Part shown: piece after piece, positions 60,623 through 64,000 of the stretch
How the letters are laid out: every line of letters begins with the position of its first letter
Numbering within the stretch: position 1 is the stretch's first letter
Origin: Candidatus Sumerlaeaceae bacterium
GTDB taxonomy: Bacteria > Sumerlaeota > Sumerlaeia > Sumerlaeales > Sumerlaeaceae
DNA length: 64,000 nt
Reading direction: 5' to 3'
Assembly (NCBI GenBank): GCA_049968255.1
Contig: JBMFRB010000003.1
Location: 320,998-384,997, forward strand
The notes under the pieces: model-generated
Database searches by the model: none
What the model saw: only the letters and a program-made list of their open reading frames with translations
Told to the model about the DNA's origin: nothing
Position numbers and translations under genes: made by a program

Positions 60623-62005
60623 ATGCCCCCAATCTTTTTTCATCCAAAGCTAGCTGCAGTGGCCTTGCTTCTCGCCAGCTTTTCCATGACCGTGTGCGCT
60701 GAGACGCGGGCATTCAAAATCGTGGACGACCCGGCCCTCGATTCCGCCGTCACGGAAGCGCGGAACGAGTTCATGCGCGACAAGCCTTTCCAAAGGCTTG
60801 ATGTTGCTCTTCTCGTGCCGGATGCCGATGGTAGTTGGCGGCGGGGCAGCTACAATGGCGAAGCCCTGGCCTATCCAGCGAGTTGCGTGAAGCTGGCCTA
60901 CCTTGCCGCAGCTATGTCTTGGTGCCGCCAAAACAAGCTTCCCTATCGTCAGCTCGACGTCGCAGTGCGCCCCATGATTGTAAAATCCGACAATTATCAA
61001 ACCGGTGTTGTTGTGGATACAATCACCAGTGCTCCCAACGTGGACGATCTGACCACCGTGACGGATCCACGGTGGGTGGAGTGGATCGAGCGCCGCCACT
61101 ACACTGCTCGCTACCTCGACGCGCGCGGGCTGCTTGGAAACCAGATCATCCTCCACAAAACTTATCCCACAAATTCTGGGGAGTGGCCGCGCGGTGCAGA
61201 GAAAGTCGCGCGCGATGTGTTTGGGATGAATAAAATGCAACCGCGGCTCAGCGCCTCGCTCATGCTCGAAATTGCAAAAGGAGCGCTCGAGCCCGATGCG
61301 CGCGATTACATGCTCGAACTCCTGGAGCACGATCGTTGGAAATCCAATAGCGTCCTTGGGTTCGGCCTGCCTCCTGGCGCGAAGTACTGCAACAAGCCTG
61401 GTCTCGCTTACGACACATTAGAGGACATCGCCTACGTCGTGCTGCCAAACGGCAAGGAATTCATCGTGGCGGCATTCTCCAATGCATTCTGTCCGCCCTA
61501 CTCCCACGATCCCGATCCCTACGACAGCTCGCAGCTCGGCCCCTTCATGGAGTTGCTCCTTGCGAAAACAGGACTCGCTGAGGGATGTCCACTGCCGGTG
61601 ATGAAGTCGGTCGGAGATCCTCAGTTCGTGGTGGAAACCGAAGGCTCCTGGACTGAAGAGACAACGGCCACCTCCCGCGGCCCAGTGAAATATCTTCTCG
61701 CAAAAGCAGAAACCACTTCAACCAAGGCACGGGTGAAACTTGGCGTTGAACGCTCAGCCAAGTACGAAGTTTGTGTGCGCCACATGGCCGCCCCCGACCG
61801 TGCAAAGGTTGTGTTCGCCGTGCAGCACGCAGGAGGAGAAACGACAAAATCCGTCGACCAAACCCGCATCCACGACCGTTGGGTCAAGCTTGGCGATTTT
61901 GATTTTCCGCCTGGCGGAGGTCAGATTGAAATACGTCCCGCGCACGACACACCGTCCACAGCCACCATGTGTCTTTACGCAGTGCGCGCCACAGCCTATC
62001 CGTGA
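60623..62005 (+). CDS. Exported serine hydrolase of class A beta-lactamase/PBP fold with C-terminal golvesin/xanthan-lyase-like beta domain
   Basis: SxxK (PASCVK), SDN, KPG; C-terminal YEV..HAGG..VDQT..WVKLG.F.F; SD GGAGG. Confidence 0.75.
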   Translation: MPPIFFHPKLAAVALLLASFSMTVCAETRAFKIVDDPALDSAVTEARNEFMRDKPFQRLDVALLVPDADGSWRRGSYNGEALAYPASCVKLAYLAAAMSWCRQNKLPYRQLDVAVRPMIVKSDNYQTGVVVDTITSAPNVDDLTTVTDPRWVEWIERRHYTARYLDARGLLGNQIILHKTYPTNSGEWPRGAEKVARDVFGMNKMQPRLSASLMLEIAKGALEPDARDYMLELLEHDRWKSNSVLGFGLPPGAKYCNKPGLAYDTLEDIAYVVLPNGKEFIVAAFSNAFCPPYSHDPDPYDSSQLGPFMELLLAKTGLAEGCPLPVMKSVGDPQFVVETEGSWTEETTATSRGPVKYLLAKAETTSTKARVKLGVERSAKYEVCVRHMAAPDRAKVVFAVQHAGGETTKSVDQTRIHDRWVKLGDFDFPPGGGQIEIRPAHDTPSTATMCLYAVRATAYP

Positions 62006-62200
62006 GTGAGGTCCCCCTCAATTCAAGATCCTCCATGAGGGAGGCCATGGGAAGAAGCGTGCCTACGTTGTGCTGAGCGCTGCAGCGCCCCATTGCCTAT
62101 CCCTCAGTAGGTTGAGCGCGCTCGGCGGACATTCTCTTATCCGCACCATTTTGCTATTGGGCGCGAAGCATCCGGCGTAACACGGATCGCTAAAAGCGAA

Positions 62201-62246
62201 CCGCCCCTTCAGCCTTGGATCGGGCTAAAGGGGCGGGATGTTTTTC
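62201..62246. terminator. Terminator hairpin between convergent genes
   Basis: 14-bp stem CCGCCCCTTCAGCC / GGCTAAAGGGGCGG (one mismatch), followed by GATGTTTTT. Confidence 0.6.
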
Positions 62247-62454
62247 TGCTGCTTGGTTATTGAGATTCCTCGAGAGAATCGAGTGGTCATCTCTGGCGCC
62301 TAGAATAGCCTGTCGATAATGCGTCGACAGTCTCGTGCCCTTGCGGAGCAGGTTTTCTTCTCTGGCGTCGGCGCCAGCCGACGTCGGCTGCTTCAGCACC
62401 AGCAACTTTACTCTGTGTTTCACACTGGCACCGATGGGCAGCTCGCTCGCCGGA

Positions 62455-63993
62455 TCACTTTGCGAACTCCACGAATCGCGTTTCGCGAAGTACGGTGACT
62501 TTGATATGTCCAGGATACTGGACTTCGTTTTCGATGCGTTTGGTAACCTCGCGTGCGAGAAGAGCAGCTTCGTTGTCGCTGATAGTCTCGGGATTGACGA
62601 TGATGCGCAGTTCGCGCCCAGCCAGCATGGCGTAAGATTTCTCCACACCTGGGAAACTCGACGCGATGGCTTCGAGATCCTGCAGTCGCTTGACGTAGGC
62701 CTCGAGTGCCTCACGCCGCGCTCCCGGCCGGCTCGCCGACACTGCATCGGCCACCTGCACCAGCACAGCGGCCAGAGTGCGAGGTTCTTCCTCATTGTGA
62801 TGGGCGGCGACGGCATGCACAACCGGCATGCTTTCACCGTATCTTTTGCACAGATCAGCCCCAATCAAGGCGTGTGTGCCCTCCATTTCGTGGCTCACCG
62901 CCTTGCCGATATCATGCAGAAATCCAGCTCGCTTGGCCAGCTGGATATCCGCGCCCAATTCCGCAGCCATGTGCGCACAGATGTGCGCCACTTCGATGCT
63001 ATGCAGCAGAATGTTTTGCCCATAGGAAACGCGATATTTCAAACGGCCTAACAGCTTGTGAAGCTCGGGATGCAGGTCCACGATGCCAAGTTCCAGAGCC
63101 GCCTGTTCACCTTCCTGGCGCAAGTGCTCCATGAACTCGCGTTCGATTTTGCGAACGACTTCCTCGATGCGTGCCGGATTGATGCGACCGTCCGCAATGA
63201 GCTTTTCTAATGCCTGGCGCGCGATTTCACGCCGCAAGGGATCGAAACAGCTTAGGACGATTGCGTCCGGCGTGTCGTCAACAATCAAGTTGACTCCCGT
63301 TACGGCTTCGAAAGCACGGATGTTACGGCCTTCACGCCCGATGATTCGCCCTTTCATCTCGTCCGACGGCAACGTCAGTGTCGAACAGATCGTCTCGGTC
63401 GTTAGGTCTGTCGAGCATCTTTGAATCGCCAGCGTGATGATTTGGCGTGCCTTGCGTTCGGCTTGCTCTTTAGTTTCATTCTCAATTCGCCGAACAATGG
63501 CGGCTGCCTCCTGGCGAACCTCACTCTCGAGCTTTTCCAAAAGGTAGCATTTCGCTTCTTCTGCCGTCATGCCGGCAATTTGTTCGGCACGTTGTCGCGT
63601 TTCCTGTTCCAGCTGCGCAAGTTCTGCCTCGCGTTTGCTCAGTTCCTGCAACCGCTCGTCGAGCTCCTGCTCTTTACGCGCGAGCGTCTTCTCACGCTGC
63701 TCGTAATTCTCGATCTTGCTGTCGAGCGTCCGTTCTTTGTTACGGAGACGGTTCTCAAGTCGCTCCACTTCGGAACGTTTGCGCGAAAGCTCTCGCTCGG
63801 CCTGCTTTGCCTTCTGGAACACGAGCTCCTTGGCCTCCACCTCCGCGGCTTTACGGATGGTGTCAGCTTGCTTTTGGGCTTCCTGCAGAATGATCTCGGC
63901 TTCTTTTTGGGCTGAGCTGATCTGCACTCCCATCCGCTTGGCGAGGAACCAATAAGTGCCAGCGATAGCTGCCAAAATCGCGATAGCAACCAC
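62455..63993 (-). CDS. rny: Ribonuclease Y (true start may lie beyond the window end)
   Basis: N-terminal TM, coiled coil, KH motif [16 protein letters not shown] motif [17 protein letters not shown]. Confidence 0.95.
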   Translation of the reverse strand: MVAIAILAAIAGTYWFLAKRMGVQISSAQKEAEIILQEAQKQADTIRKAAEVEAKELVFQKAKQAERELSRKRSEVERLENRLRNKERTLDSKIENYEQREKTLARKEQELDERLQELSKREAELAQLEQETRQRAEQIAGMTAEEAKCYLLEKLESEVRQEAAAIVRRIENETKEQAERKARQIITLAIQRCSTDLTTETICSTLTLPSDEMKGRIIGREGRNIRAFEAVTGVNLIVDDTPDAIVLSCFDPLRREIARQALEKLIADGRINPARIEEVVRKIEREFMEHLRQEGEQAALELGIVDLHPELHKLLGRLKYRVSYGQNILLHSIEVAHICAHMAAELGADIQLAKRAGFLHDIGKAVSHEMEGTHALIGADLCKRYGESMPVVHAVAAHHNEEEPRTLAAVLVQVADAVSASRPGARREALEAYVKRLQDLEAIASSFPGVEKSYAMLAGRELRIIVNPETISDNEAALLAREVTKRIENEVQYPGHIKVTVLRETRFVEFAK

Positions 63994-64000
63994 GCCAGCC

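Noticed and set aside
1-64000. tRNA, rRNA, CRISPR array, IS element, integrase or prophage
   Set aside because: None recognised by eye; tRNAscan-SE, Infernal and CRISPR finders would be needed to exclude them formally

Overview
About 64 kb of moderately GC-rich (by eye high-50s %) core chromosome from a diderm bacterium (lpxK present). The long-form GreA, the many GspG-like pilins and the TPR proteins suggest a PVC-like or Sumerlaeota/BRC1-like lineage; this is inference and unverified. About 48 CDS are supportable. I saw no tRNA, rRNA, CRISPR array, IS or prophage. Synteny is heavily shuffled: rpsL, hslV, rpoZ, cobO, an AhbC-like radical SAM, a sugar ABC permease and a ZnuC-like ATPase all lack their usual operon partners here. 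The most notable loci are: (1) a minus-strand cluster of a GspK-like protein with a lamin-tail-like insertion plus five tandem GspG-like pseudopilin paralogues (50644-56844), with no GspH/I/J or machinery genes; (2) Mre11/SbcD-like and Rad50/YhaN-like genes, the latter with a transmembrane hairpin mid coiled-coil, followed co-directionally by a double-FHA protein and a metallophosphatase (43714-50040); (3) a surface-glycosylation cluster (21633-35682); (4) a stand-alone PilT N-terminal domain; (5) a small Cys-rich ORF with a near-perfect Shine-Dalgarno upstream of a radical SAM/SPASM gene. Family calls come from motif recognition by eye, without database searches.
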